A stretch of DNA of 62,978 bases, counting the filler, from Vannella sp. (taxonomy: Eukaryota), in NCBI GenBank assembly GCA_023345925.1. It is 9 parts of 9 records of this genome, joined end to end, with 100 filler letters (N's around TTAATTAATTAA, not from the genome) between each part and the next. Parts side by side here need not be neighbours in the genome. Positions count along the whole stretch, not along the records: positions 33,396 to 40,184 come from JAJQQN010001023.1; positions 40,285 to 48,682 come from JAJQQN010000992.1; 7 more parts are not named here. One strand, 5' to 3'. Under the pieces are notes generated by a model. The model made no database searches, had not been told where the DNA came from, and worked only from the letters and a program-made list of their open reading frames with translations. How positions within the stretch are numbered: position 1 is the stretch's first letter; the number at the start of each line of letters is the position of its first letter. The position numbers were made by a program, and so were the translations under genes. Below are positions 33,743-46,200 of the stretch, in pieces.

Positions 33743-34180
33743 GCCTGAGAGAAGGAGTCATACTCACAAGTATGAGAGTAGTAAGTTACACACTTGCTCC
33801 TACTCAGAGTTGGGACGAAGTCTTCATCAAAGAGAGCCATGTAGTTCGTGCTGTTCTCCAGTCCGCGATTAGCATCTGTTCAACCTCAGATTTCGTACAT
33901 CTGACTCATCTCGTTCGCGTATGTCATGCAAGTGAACGAGAAAACCCAGATTCGTCCATTCCAGGAAGAGAGTTGTCATCCAACCGTCTGCTGCGAATGG
34001 GTGGTTGATGACAGGAGGAGGAAGGGTCCATACTAGTTGTCAGTTCAGGAAGAAGTAGACCGGGAAGGGAGCCAAGCCAGTCAAGCTATTTGAAGAGAAG
34101 TACTGAAGATGTTGTCTTTCGTTGGGTCGCAAGTTACACCACGGAACCCAGAGAATGGCTCCAAACCACCTCAAACGAAG

Positions 34181-34309
34181 GAAAAGTGGCCCTCTTAAAA
34201 ACATATAAAAAGTTCGTTCGCTTGGATCCCGGTCGAATTTAGAGGCACTTTTTCCTGCCCTTCTTCGCTAAGGGGCGTGGCGTGGTCGAGTGTGGGGCGA
34301 ACTCCCTCC
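34181..34309 (+). repeat. Dispersed ~120-bp element, copy C
   Basis: GAAAAGTGGCCCTCTTAAAAACATATAAAAAGTTC...CCCGGTCGAATTTAGAGGCACTTTTTC...CGTGGTCGAGTG...GAACTCCCT. Confidence 0.8.
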
Positions 34310-34358
34310 AGATCCTTTAAACTGAGGAAGGGAAGTGCGGGATGACTTCTGGTACAGT

Positions 34359-35387
34359 TTAGGAGTCCGGGGAAGTGTGCGGATGGATGACGGTGTAGAA
34401 GCAGGCGATGGTCGAGGCGAAGAAGGCCAGCAAGAGGAAGATGCCAAAGACGGGCACCGCTCGAGCTTTCCGAGGGGACCAGCGGCGGGCGAACTGGAGG
34501 CCAAAGAAGGAGTATCCGAGGATTATGCCGATGAGTAACCCGCCAAAGTGGCCAGATACATCGACGTTGTTGCTTCCCAGGCTCTCCAGGAAGGTGGCGG
34601 AGATGAAGAGGAGGCAGACGGTCAAGTTCATCCGCTTTTGCCAGCCCTCTATCTTGAACCAGGTCAAGTGGAGCTGCGCAAAGTACGCTCCCATCACTCC
34701 TTGGAAGGCTGAACTAGCAGAGACGCTCACTTGGTTGGGCTGCAAGTCACAACCCAATGCCACGCCTCCCATTCCGCTCAAGATGTAGATCGTTGCGAAG
34801 AGATACCACTTCCATTTGCGCTCCAAGTAGAGCCCCATCCTCATCTGTCCAAACAGGTTGATAGCCAGCTCTACCACTCCCGCATGGAGGAAGATAGGCG
34901 TGAAGAAGCGCCAGACCTGATAGTCATACCGCATCTTTGCGGCGTCCTTTGCTCCCAATGTGACCAGAGACTCTGTTGTAGGACCAAGTAACCAGTTCTC
35001 CTTCGGTGGAGCAAAGCCTCCCAGGCCCAGGGACACGGTAAACATGATAATCTGGTCATATGAGAGGAGGTCGACGGGGAACCGGTATTAGCAGCTTACT
35101 TGGACCAAGGAGAGGATGAATATAGCACTCCTAGGAGTCTTGCGATACTCTTGTTTCCTCTCAGACGTGCAAAGTGGGGGCAGGAGGCAAGGAAGGCACG
35201 CCATCACGAGAATACGCCAAATGGGAGGGCGCTCGGGCAGTTCTATGTCCATTAACGACCGCTGGGACGGACTTGAAGGTGCAAAGTAGAAGATACTGGA
35301 GTTGTGATCAGAGTCTGACGTTCCATCAGAGGAAAGAGAGAGCGCTCGCCCCCGTTCGACCAAAGGGACGTCCTCCCCGCTCGCCAT
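34359..35387 (-). CDS. Rhomboid-family intramembrane protein with atypical active-site motif
   Basis: QVWRFFTPIFLHAG, IYILSGMGG, VSASSA in place of GASGA, and SGHFGGLLIG. One intron near 35054-35098. Confidence 0.85.
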
Positions 35388-35531
35388 CACCCCAAAGAAT
35401 GGTCCAAACCGAGCAGAAAGGAGGGCAAACCATCTTACAGAGACTCTTCATCATAACGAGAAGTGATTGGAGGGTATTAGAGCATTCTCGTAGCGTCCAT
35501 GACCGATCGGCGTGTTCCCGCCCATTTGAGG

Positions 35532-36915
35532 ATGGATCCGTCTTCTGCTCTGGTGGAGGACTCTCCGGGTCGCTTGGAGTTGAGAGTGGGTGCTAGTACT
35601 ATCGTGGAGGTCGCTTGTGAGCCAAAGGAGGGACCTCCAGTGGCTCTGAAGCCCCGGCTGACGCCTTTCTTGTTCATTCTCTCGATTCTTACGGGCTTGC
35701 TCTTCGTCACTCTTCACTACGCACTTATCCCATGGCTAAACGCACCGTACTCTCAAGCTTGGTACGTCTGGATCGTCCTGCATATGTAAGTCGCTTCCCC
35801 CTCTTCTTTTCTCCCTTACCTGATGCCTTTGGGGTTGTTCCTTTCCTTTTGAACAGCGCATACGCTTGTATAGGTTACGTTCTCTCTGTTTGGTGCTATT
35901 GGTTGGTGTGGCGGTCTCAGCCATCCGTTGTCCCTCCCGGTTGGGTGAGATCAGCTCTCCTTCTGCCCTTCTAGCGGCTAACTCTCCTCACCAAGACACC
36001 TGATCTTGATACGATTGATCCAATGACAAGTGATGGCAAAGTCCGCTTCTGTGAGAAGTGTGAGGCAAGCATTTGCTCTTTTCTGTGCTCGGGGGAATTC
36101 GCTTGTTTCTTACCGTGTAAGGGATTGTAGGCTTGGCAACCACCCCGTAGTGATCACTGTAAGCATTGTAAGAGGTAGGTATTCGTCTGAGACGGGAGTT
36201 GAGCGTTGTTTCTGAGAACGGACGGAAAGATGCATTCTCCTTCGAGACCAACACTGCCCTTGGATCAATGGGTGTATTGGATACGGCAATTTCAAGCTAT
36301 ACTTTCTATTCTTGGCGAATACGTTTGGATTCCTGGCCCTTGTGAGCTACATCTTTGTGTCTTGGATCTTCCTCTCTCTTATTGGCTCTGGTACGTCACC
36401 AGATCTCTCTCCTTGTCTCCTCTACAAGCATAACATGCTGTTTTAGATTATGAGCAGTGCCAATGGAGTTCGGCGTGGATCTGCTGGGTATTCGGTAAGT
36501 GACTTGGAAGAACATTGTTCCGACATTCTGACTTTTGGGGTGTCAAGGAGCTTCGATTGTTGTTTCGATCATCTTTATTGGGTTCATTACCTTCTTTTTG
36601 GGGTGGCAGATCAGCCTTGTGATGGCCAATGTCACCAACCAAGAGTATTCAGCTTACTCTGAAGTGCGCAACATGAACTCTCACTTGGTCAACAACAGGG
36701 ACCCCTTTGCTCATCGCGAGTACTGGCCCTACGACACAGAAGATGCCCTCCGTAATATGGCTCAGTTCCTTGGCACTGGAGACATGAATTCAATGATGTG
36801 GCCTCTCAAACGGACCCTCCCCAACGACGGAATCCACTTCCCGCTCAACCCCTTCTGGCTCCGGCGCCGTCAAGGAACCGCCCTCGAAGAGGACCAGAAC
36901 GTAGAGACTATCTAG
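35532..36915 (+). CDS. DHHC-family palmitoyl acyltransferase (DQHC variant), spliced; alternative start 35499
   Basis: The spliced Cys-rich domain reads RFCEKCEAWQPPRSDHCKHCKRCILLRDQHCPWINGCIGYGNFK, followed by TM helices and an NVTNQE (TTxE-like) motif. Confidence 0.85.
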
Positions 36916-37016
36916 ATCATCCCGTATTGCCACCGTCCCTTGGGCGATACACTTTCTCTCTCTCACTAAAAACGCAGGGCGTCACTTTTGGCTCATTTTC
37001 ACACGGGTGGGCGTCG

Positions 37017-40000
37017 ATGGAGCGGGAAGAGGGCGAGGAGAGAGAGTTTAATCTTCTTGTGCTGTTGGAGCAGGAGGAGAACTGTGGGTACGTGGCTAGG
37101 AAGTTGTACACGCACGCGGCATCGCTGGAGTTGCTTGTTTCAGCCATACGGAGAGCCTTTTCCATTCCCAACCCCATCCAGATCTCGTACTTTGATACAG
37201 AGTACCAGAGCTACGTGTTCCCTATCGACTTCTCCGAGATCCCCTCCAAAGGGAAGATTAAAGTGAAGGATGCGAGGAGCCGACGTCCTACGGAAGGTTA
37301 GTACAGAGTGTAGGGGGGTCCATCGGTTGTCTAACGCATGCTTCTTGTAGAGGACCTTCAAAGTATGCTTGCACGTGGAAACCTCCTCCAGGGGATGTCG
37401 CAAATCCCTCAAACAAGCGGACTCTCTTCCAACTCGAAGAAGTTTGACTCGTTCTTAAGCTCAGAAGAGCTGTTTCAGATGCTATGGACCCTCATCATCA
37501 CTATATCTAACAACCTACCAACCAAGAGTGAGCCATCTCGCCGAAGGCAGACAACAAACGAACCTGGAGGACCCTCTCGACGTGACGGCGTCCCGTTCCG
37601 GTCAAAGACCTCAGAGAACGTCATAGCAGGTCTCTCGAATGGCACATTCTCTTCAGAAGACGTTGTTATACAAGAAGGGCCGGTCAAAGAGTTCATAGGA
37701 GTGGTCCACGCGATGGCAAATGTATTTCCTGACCCCAACATTCGGATGGTCCTGAAGAGCGTTCTTCAAGACTACGACCTTTCAGAGCAAGAACAACTAC
37801 TTTCCACACCTCGGGATGCTCGTGAATGGACCCGATGCGTCTTCTCAAGGGTGAATGAGGCGCTGCACAACACTTTTGATGGAGACCACAATCGGCATCC
37901 TTTAACCACTCAAGATGAGTTAGCTGACTTCCAAGTGTCTTGGTTTCCCGTGGCGGAGACCAATCTAAGTGAGTACAAGCTGCAAATCAATATCCCAGAA
38001 GAGGTGAGACCGGGAGTTGGTTCTGGCTCGCAGTCGATTGTAAGAGACTCTGCTTCTGCCTCTCGCCGCTCCAGAGATGACCGCCATCCGATAGAAAGAG
38101 GGAATTCGTTCTCGTCTATTGAAGGAGAGCGGCAGTCGTCCTTTGGGTCGATACCGGATGAGATAGTGATGTACATCTTCCACTTTTTTGATGCCAATCA
38201 GCTTCACGCTGTCTATCGTGTGTGCAAGCGCTGGTCACTTCTGGCAACGGAACCGTTCCTGTGGAAGCATATTTTCAAAGTCAATTGGTCCCTTCGCACT
38301 GGATGGATGGGCAATTGGGACGTCTTTATTATGTATTCTGGCGATAACTGGCGGAATGCGTTCTACCAGTGGTACTATTGGGAGCTTTCCAACTCGCTGT
38401 TGAATCAAAAGGACTCTGAAGAGAACATATTTTATAGTACTGAGGCAGAGGAGTGGCTTGGTCCTCAGCCCTTGACCATGAAGAATCTCATTAATAGCAC
38501 CTTGACTCACTCATGTGACTCTTTGGATCTTCAAGACAACCAAGAATCTACAGAGAGAACTTCTCTTGAGACTCAAAGCGTCGTTCCAGAGCTGGAGATT
38601 CCTAGTTCTTGGGCAGCTCCCAAAACACCTCGGCAGTCAGCTAGAACTGGATTCTCTCTTGGCACCGGACGAGCTTCGTTAGCTGGGGGTCAGAAGAATA
38701 TCCCAGAAAGTCCGGAGATGAGACCTGTCAAAGCTTGCCAAGCGAAGGTTCATCGAAGTCACTCTTATCGGTTTTCTCTCTTTCTAATGGCGGAATCTTT
38801 CACATCAGCACCTTCCAAGCTTCTTCCTGATATTGGCACGTTACTACCTCCTTGTCTCATTCCAAAAGAGGCCACTTTTAAGCTATTTGACTTGCCACTG
38901 CCCTCGTTTCAGCCGCCGGACCAGCCAGCTAATCACATCCGGCAAGCGACTTTAATGAAGCTTGTAGAGCACCTTACAACGCCTTTCTCTCACGACCTGG
39001 AGTACATGAAGATCTTCATGCTCACTTACAACTACTTTACCAATCCCCAAACACTTCTGAAGCTTCTCATTCGTCGGTACTTTGTCGCAACCGGTCAGAC
39101 TCTCAATCCGGAGGAGACTCGCCAATGGGAAGATCGTATTAAGACGCCAATAACCCTTCGCGTATTCAATATCCTCAAGTTCTGGCTCGAGAACTACGAA
39201 ATGGACTTTGAAAAGAACCTCATCACTTGCTTGAAAGAGTTTGCCCAACGCGCTCTCCCCCCTCTCATGGCCAAACAGATTCTTAAAGTCATCATCCAGA
39301 AGAGAGGCGGAGGTAGAAAGTCTCGCACAGTAACCGATTTCCAATTCAACGCACCGCCTCCCTATCCGGACGTCCCAAAGAACATTTTCTCCCAAACCCT
39401 TCAATTATGGGACGTGTCTGACCTGGAGATCGCCCGTCAACTTACGATCACCGAATTCAATCTCTTCTCTGCTATTCATCCTCGGGAACTTCTCAATCAG
39501 TCGTGGAAACATCCCCAAAGGCGCCAAAGCTCCCCCAATGTCATCCGAATGCTCTCGCGTTTTCAAGATCTGAGCTCCAAGTGGGTTCCTCGAGTGATGG
39601 AACGAGCTCCCTTACTGCGGCAGAAGGTGAAAGTCCTCAAGCGACTCATCAACATCGCCACAGAGCTCTTAAAGCTCCACAACTTTCACGATGCAATGGC
39701 CATTTACCAAGGCATCAAGTCAGAATACCAGATTCGCTATCCACGCATCTGGGAAGACCTGCCCAGCAAGTTTAAGAGGGACTATCAGCTCCTAGAAGAC
39801 ATTATGATCTATGAAGAGCACTACAAGGACCTCCTTCCCAACCGGCATCCGTGCATTCCTTTCCTAGGTACGTTCCTTCTTCAGGGGAGTGCAAAGAGAA
39901 GATCTCACTGCCTTCTAGACTACCATTTGAAGAAGCTGGTAGCTGTGGAGGCTCTGGTACCCTCTTCCATCGGGCATCTCGTAAACTTCACCAAATGCCG

Positions 40001-40184
40001 GTAAGAGGGTCCTTCAGAGGAGGGGGAGAGGTTAATAGTGGCCATAGGTTCGTATACAAGGTTATGTCAGAGCTGATCTGCTTCCAACAGACTCCCTACA
40101 ACCTCCAGCCGGTCACCCAGATCGCCGACCTTCTTTGCAACTTTGATGATCTGGATGAGGAGCTGGAGGGTGATATGAACACTC
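37017..40184 (+). CDS. RasGEF (REM + CDC25) with F-box and N-terminal PB1/ubiquitin-like module, running to contig end
   Basis: F-box IPDEIVMYIFHFFDANQLHAVYRVCKRW, REM ATLMKLVEHLT...FMLTYNYFT, and CDC25 EIARQLTITEFNLFSAIHPREL...PCIPFL...VNFTKCR. Introns include 37297-37350. Confidence 0.85.
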
Positions 40185-40284
40185 NNNNNNNNNNNNNNNN
40201 NNNNNNNNNNNNNNNNNNNNNNNNNNNNTTAATTAATTAANNNNNNNNNNNNNNNNNNNNNNNNNNNNNNNNNNNNNNNNNNNN

Positions 40285-42897
40285 CTCGAGAATCAGAGCC
40301 AGGTTCGGATACTCAATGCAGGCGCCGAAGCAGTCAATCAGGTTTGGATGGGAAAGATTGGAAGTGACAGAGACTTCGTTTCGGAAGGATTCCACTTCTT
40401 CAGCGCTCATCTCCAGCGCGAAGAAGGTCTTGACGGCCACCTTTCTGCCGTTCAATTGAAGGAGGTGGACACTTCCAGATGCACCGGAGCCAAGAAGTGT
40501 GCCACCCTGTAACTGCTGGAAAGGGTACTCTGGGACTTGCAATACGACTCTGCTTGTCACTTGCACACCGAGGAACAAGTTATAGATTGATCCTTGAGCG
40601 TTGGAGACTTCCACGTGAATCACATTCGTCAGATTGTTGCTCCGAAGGGCCACCAAGCTTAGTTTCACCCGACAATATTGGCCGGAAAGGAGACTGCCAA
40701 AGATAGGATCTGCAACGATTTGAAAGTGCTCGTGTCTCGGACAAGACACTCGGAAAGAGGCTGGCCTCCCTCCTTCGTTGGTGATCACAAACTCATCTTT
40801 CACGTACTCAAACGCTTGGATATTTGGATAAGAGGAGAAAGCACGATACTTATCGACACTAACCCCCAACACATCCGCATTTGCATCACATGAAGGGACT
40901 CGCACAGGTCTGCGGTTCATGGATTTTGACCTCTCAAGAGAACGCGAAACATTGGGCGACGGGACAGACTTGAGATTCTTCGAATGGTGATCCCGGGCTT
41001 GTCTTTGATAGCTGCCGTTTTCATCAGCTATGACAAAGAAACTCACTTTCCTTCGGAAGCTTCCAGTATGTAGGAGGAAGTTACCAACAGCCGCACTTGT
41101 GATGACTTTCTTTGGTTCATCAATAGCAAGTAAAAGAGAGCTTGTATGCCCTGCACACAAATAGAACACCTGGCTCACAGGAAGACTGACTTGGACCAAA
41201 ACTTGACCACCAGATTCGGTGTTGGCGTTCCTCTGAGTCATTTCAATGGTTGGTCCATCAGTCTCTCGAAGGAAGATGATAAAGTCTCCGCCACAGCGTA
41301 TCTGGGTGATGTCTTCGAGACAATTAGCACGCCTAGGCTTTGTAAATGGTCCCAGGGAGGAGGAAGGATTACCCCACAGGAACGCACTTCCCTTATTTGT
41401 CAATGCACACGAAAAGTCTGGTCCACAGCTTATGCGGGTAAAAAGGAGGCCGCTTTGGCTCCTGGGAAGTTGCACCAATTCAGGGGAGTGAAAGAAATCA
41501 CTTTTGTTTTGGGTCCCGAGACAGTAATTTGTGTTATCACCCCACGTGAGAATCTGATGAGTTTTGGTGAGAACCAGGTTGAACTGAGCACCGCAAGAGA
41601 CTTGATGGATAGAGAATCCTTCTAGCGCTTGGACAAGATAGAACTCTTCCCGGCTCTCACAAGCGTAGCCCAGTTGGCCTTTCTCATTGCTTCCAACTGA
41701 GTATAACTTCCGCGTTTGTACTCCGCGTTCTGAATGCTCCAGAAGCAGAACCGCATGGGCTATACCAAATTGAAGGTCGAGAATCTGGCAATTGTCTTGT
41801 TCTACTATCCTTGGGAGCTGCTGCTTCTGGGGAATAGAGCGGTGATTCGCAAGGTGACTCTGCCAGCCCCACAGGAACACTTTGTTGTCACCTGTTTTGA
41901 CTCCGGATTGGAAGTAACCGGCATAAACAGCTTGGCACTCTCCTGGAAGGCAGATTTCCAACGGTTCTGTGGAGTTTGTGACCAGAGGATGCCCAAGCTG
42001 ACCCCGTTTACCGCTTCCCCAAGAGTAAACGGTTCCCAACTCCGAAAGAGCCAAAAAGTGGCCCGTTCCGGCAGCTATCATGACGACTGCGCGTTTGATT
42101 CCGTTACTAGGAGTGGGTAGTCGACATTCCTTTGGAACAGGGTCGTATTCAGTCCAAGTGTACATCACTGGAAGAAGAGTATTCGCTTCTTGGGGTGTTC
42201 CTTCCTGCCTTGGCTTTGTATCAGCGAAGCGGAAGCTGACTGGGTTATCTTGGAACTCCTTGGTCTCTATACATTCAATAAAACCACTTCGAAGTAGCAG
42301 CTCGGCCAGTTGGAGGGCGGCAGAGCGAGAGGTGCAATCGCATGTGTCGAGTTGGAGGATGGAGTCGACGAGTTCGTCCCCAAAGAAGCAATTGGAATGT
42401 ACTGTACGAAGATATCGATGCTTATGACAGGCGATAGAGCTTCGCAGGGTCTCTGCAATGAGATGGAGCGGTTTCATGAGGGACCGAATGACAAGATTGG
42501 GATAAGGAGGCAATGACAGTGTGTCATGCACAGGTATAAGCTGTTTGATACCTTCATCATAGTAGGAGAGCTCAAAGTCTTGTGTGAGAAGGAACTCACG
42601 TCGAAGAGCATCACAAAGGGAGCGATAGTCATGGACATCGAGGTGCAGCTCTTTGGGAGGGTTCAGATGCTTGGAGAAGACACTCGTGACGGTAACAGGC
42701 AGTAGAGGAGGAGGATGGAACTCCTGCTTACCAGAGAGAGAGTCCAAAAGCGGGGCACGTTCTTCCACAACGGAAGCCTTCCGCCACCGAGAGGCTGGCG
42801 ATTGCGCTTTACTCCATCGCACACTCTCTTCGATCTCAAAGAGAGACTGCAGGATCTCGGACGTCTCAGCTCGGGTTCGACTTTGGGGCTCTACCAT
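40285..42897 (-). CDS. DEP + RCC1 repeats + Ig/MSP-like segment + TKL-type protein kinase, 3'-truncated
   Basis: DEP NCFFGDELVD...SRSAALQLAELLLRSGFI, RCC1 VYSWGSGKRGQLG and VSCGAQFNLVLT, and kinase LGSGASGSV...VAVK...FRNEV...LSHPNLI. Confidence 0.85.
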
Positions 42898-43208
42898 GGT
42901 GACGCTCCCAGAAAATGCTGGAACTTGGCAGGCAGGCTGGGAGGACGAACTTTGAAGTTTCCTTCATTCATTAGCAAGTTCAATAGTCTTGGGACTGTGA
43001 GGATGTGCCTAAGCTGTCATCCACTAAAGGAGAACCCAGCCCAACTGAGCCATCCTCAACCAACCCTTCCCACTGGAGCTTGCCTTCATTTACATCAGAT
43101 TCTAAATCTGTTTAAAGCAAGGAGACGAAGGTACCTTCCAACCAATGAGTCCACGAATGACGATTGAGATTACGAAGTCATCTTGTATTGCCATCTGGGG
43201 AAGACCAG

Positions 43209-46200
43209 TTAGGCATAGTAAGTGGGAGACACCAGGAGTTCTTGAAGGATTCTGGATTGGTCAGGAGATAGAACTTGGGTACTGTAAATGTGCCACATCT
43301 CTTGGTGAGTCCTCCGGAAGTCTTTGACTGTGTTATTGACAGAGGAAGCGATAGTGGAGGGACCATCAATGTGAGAAACAAGTTCCATTAGCCAAGGAAC
43401 CACAAAGGCAGGTAAATCATAGGGGTAAAGTAACAGAAGGGCCCCCAATCCCAACACGCCACCGTGCTTCACACCGAAGCGTTTGCTCTTGAGATCAATT
43501 CCTTTTCCTTCTCCCAGTTGGATCCGAGCGGCCTTCTGAAAGCGCTGAGCTAACTGGCCAAGATACGCAGGATCACTGCCCCGTAGTACAGAGTTGAGTG
43601 TGATGGCAGCAAGCTCCCGGACTTCAATCTGAGGATCCGCAAGGAGTTTAACACATAACTCGTGTGTTAACAGGTGAAGTTCCGGCCCACAAACAAAGCG
43701 ATGGTTAAAGTCTAATAATTGGGCAAACGGAAGAACGGCCCTGCGGATGTGCCAATCTAAAGAGGAGGCAACAATGGTCTCCATGAGGCTGAGAATCTCT
43801 CTAACAGTCTCTGCTGTAAAGTTGCATTGAGCAATCAAGGCTAGACAGACACGCGCATGTTGCTGAACATTGTTATTCTCTTGGACCAAGCACTTCATCA
43901 CGAAAGAAATCGAAGATTTGAGAAGCTCTAATCCCTCCAAGGTGTCTAACTTGGAACTGAGCATTCCTGATTGTTGGAAGAATGCGTGAATCCAAAGCAA
44001 TGTTCCTTCAAAGCCATCTGCATCAGTAACATTGGCAAAGTCATCTAAGATAGCGCGAATACTGCTTCCAGCACCTAATCGAAGATCAAGTACAATGGAA
44101 AGGATTTGGGCGATCTCCGCTCGGACAAGGTTGTTGGGATGGGCAGTGAATTCAATACATCCAAGGAAGATGGGATTCAGGAACTCTTCAGGTAGTTGGG
44201 TTGAACCTTCCACGAGCACGGCACGAACACAAGAAAGGGTTCTCAGCAGCTTAAAAGAAGGAACGTTTCCAGAGCCACTCAGAAATGCAAAAGGCCTTTC
44301 AGTAGCTTTTGCAAGAACGCTACATTCCACCAAGATGGGTTCGAGAAGTACCAAGTACTTGGATGGACAGATCTTGCTCAGACTGAAGCGAAGCGCAGAA
44401 GGCCAGTCTCCCACAATCCCAGATTCTCCCGAAAAGGTAGAGAGCAAGAGAGGGTGCAGATAGTACTCCCATAAGGGCAGTTGGGGATTGGGGTTCTCTT
44501 GCTCCAGAAAGCTTCTGAGAAGTCCTGCTGTTGCCTCAGCAAGAAAGGCTTGCTCTTTTCTCTGTTCAGAGTTCTTAAGCTCAAGTAAGGAGCTTGTCCA
44601 TGGAGTGAGGGGAGCAGAAGAGATGCTATGTCCCCACCAAGTGAGCAATCGAGCGTTAGCCACATTGAATAGGTCTGAAAGAAGATCCAAGTGGCTAGGG
44701 GGAGGCCAAAGAGGAGCCAGACCTCTCTGCAAGTGTAAAGCAAGTGCTTCCTGAGCCAAAGCAGTTCGGTCTTGTGGAGATGAAGACCCAATGCCGGAAG
44801 AAAAGGATCCAATACTTGCAAGCATCCCCGATAAGGCAGAGAGTTCTCCCCGACCTATCTTTTCCTCGTCTGATACAATGACATGGTCTTCCACCATGTA
44901 ATTAAATGCCTTTTGAGTGATGCGTTCTAAGTCTTGCTGCAGGTATTGGATCTCGCTGGTGCCTTTTTTAGAGGAGCACTGGAACTCTGAGAAATTGGCT
45001 TGGTGATGAATAGAGGCAAAGCTGCCGAGGGCCAGCTGAGCGAACTTCCGCAGGAATGAGATTTCGCTGGTAAGATCGAGGTTGAACAGTTCTACCACTT
45101 GAGAATCCAAAGGCACATCACTTCGGGCATTGTGGGCATACAGTAGTGACCGTTGAAGTATCTGAAGGCGCCAGTGTCGATTACTATCCCAGGATACAAG
45201 GATTTGAGTTATTTCTTTGTGCTCAAGTAGTTCACTCTCGGAGATGATGTGCAAATGCCTGAAAAGCTGTGAGACAAAGGTCATACAAGCCGAATGGATC
45301 AGAACATGGATGGAGGGTCTCCCAAATCGAGTGAATATTTCCGGAATCATCTGGAAAAAGAGTTTTTGTGCATCCCAGTCGTCAAATAAAGGTGACAATA
45401 CTCTCGAAAGTATATGGAGCTTTCCCTTGATAGAGACATCATCCTGGCCAGTTGCTGACAACAGCTCGGAGAGGAGATCTTTAATTGCCGGAAGTCTTAA
45501 GTCAGGAAAATGGTCTAGAAGGATGAGCAAACTCGCTTGTGCGCCCCGCCGCACATCAACGTATTGGTCCAAACAAAGGTGACGCTGAAACTGGATCAAG
45601 TCCTCGTGGAGAGGAGTAAGTTTCAGGTATTTGGAGGTAGGGTACACTATAACAGAGTAGAAAGAACCAATCGTCTGGTAAGAGAATGCTGCTGGATAAA
45701 CTGAAACGCCAAAATGCGGGCTTCGGGTTGAATGAGACAGCAAAGAAGATGCCCGATTGATTGCGGTCGGATGAAGCCGGCAAGCAAAGATCTTCTTTGC
45801 CTGAAGAAGAGTTCTCATGGGATAAGTCACTCCACCAAAAACGCTTCGGGTGAGAAAGGAATCTAACATCAAAGACACTTGCTGCAAGAGAGAGGCAGAC
45901 AGTAAATCAGAGCTTGATAAGCTGTGCAGGCATCTCAGCGCATTTCCTATTTTCTCTCGACGGGAGCAATCAGCTCCTGGGAGCTGTTGACCAATTGTCA
46001 CAAAGTGCAGGAGCCCACCTCGCGCTGGTAACGATTCTCCAGCATGTAAATGTTCCTTCGTGTTGAATAAAAGGCGCCCAGAGTAGGTAAGGACAGTATC
46101 AAGTACCCATAGGCTTCTCTCTATCCTCTGTCGAGACGTTAGATCTGAGGATGCTTCGGAAGTGCCACTGCTAATGCCTCTGAGCTCGTTCACACCAAAG

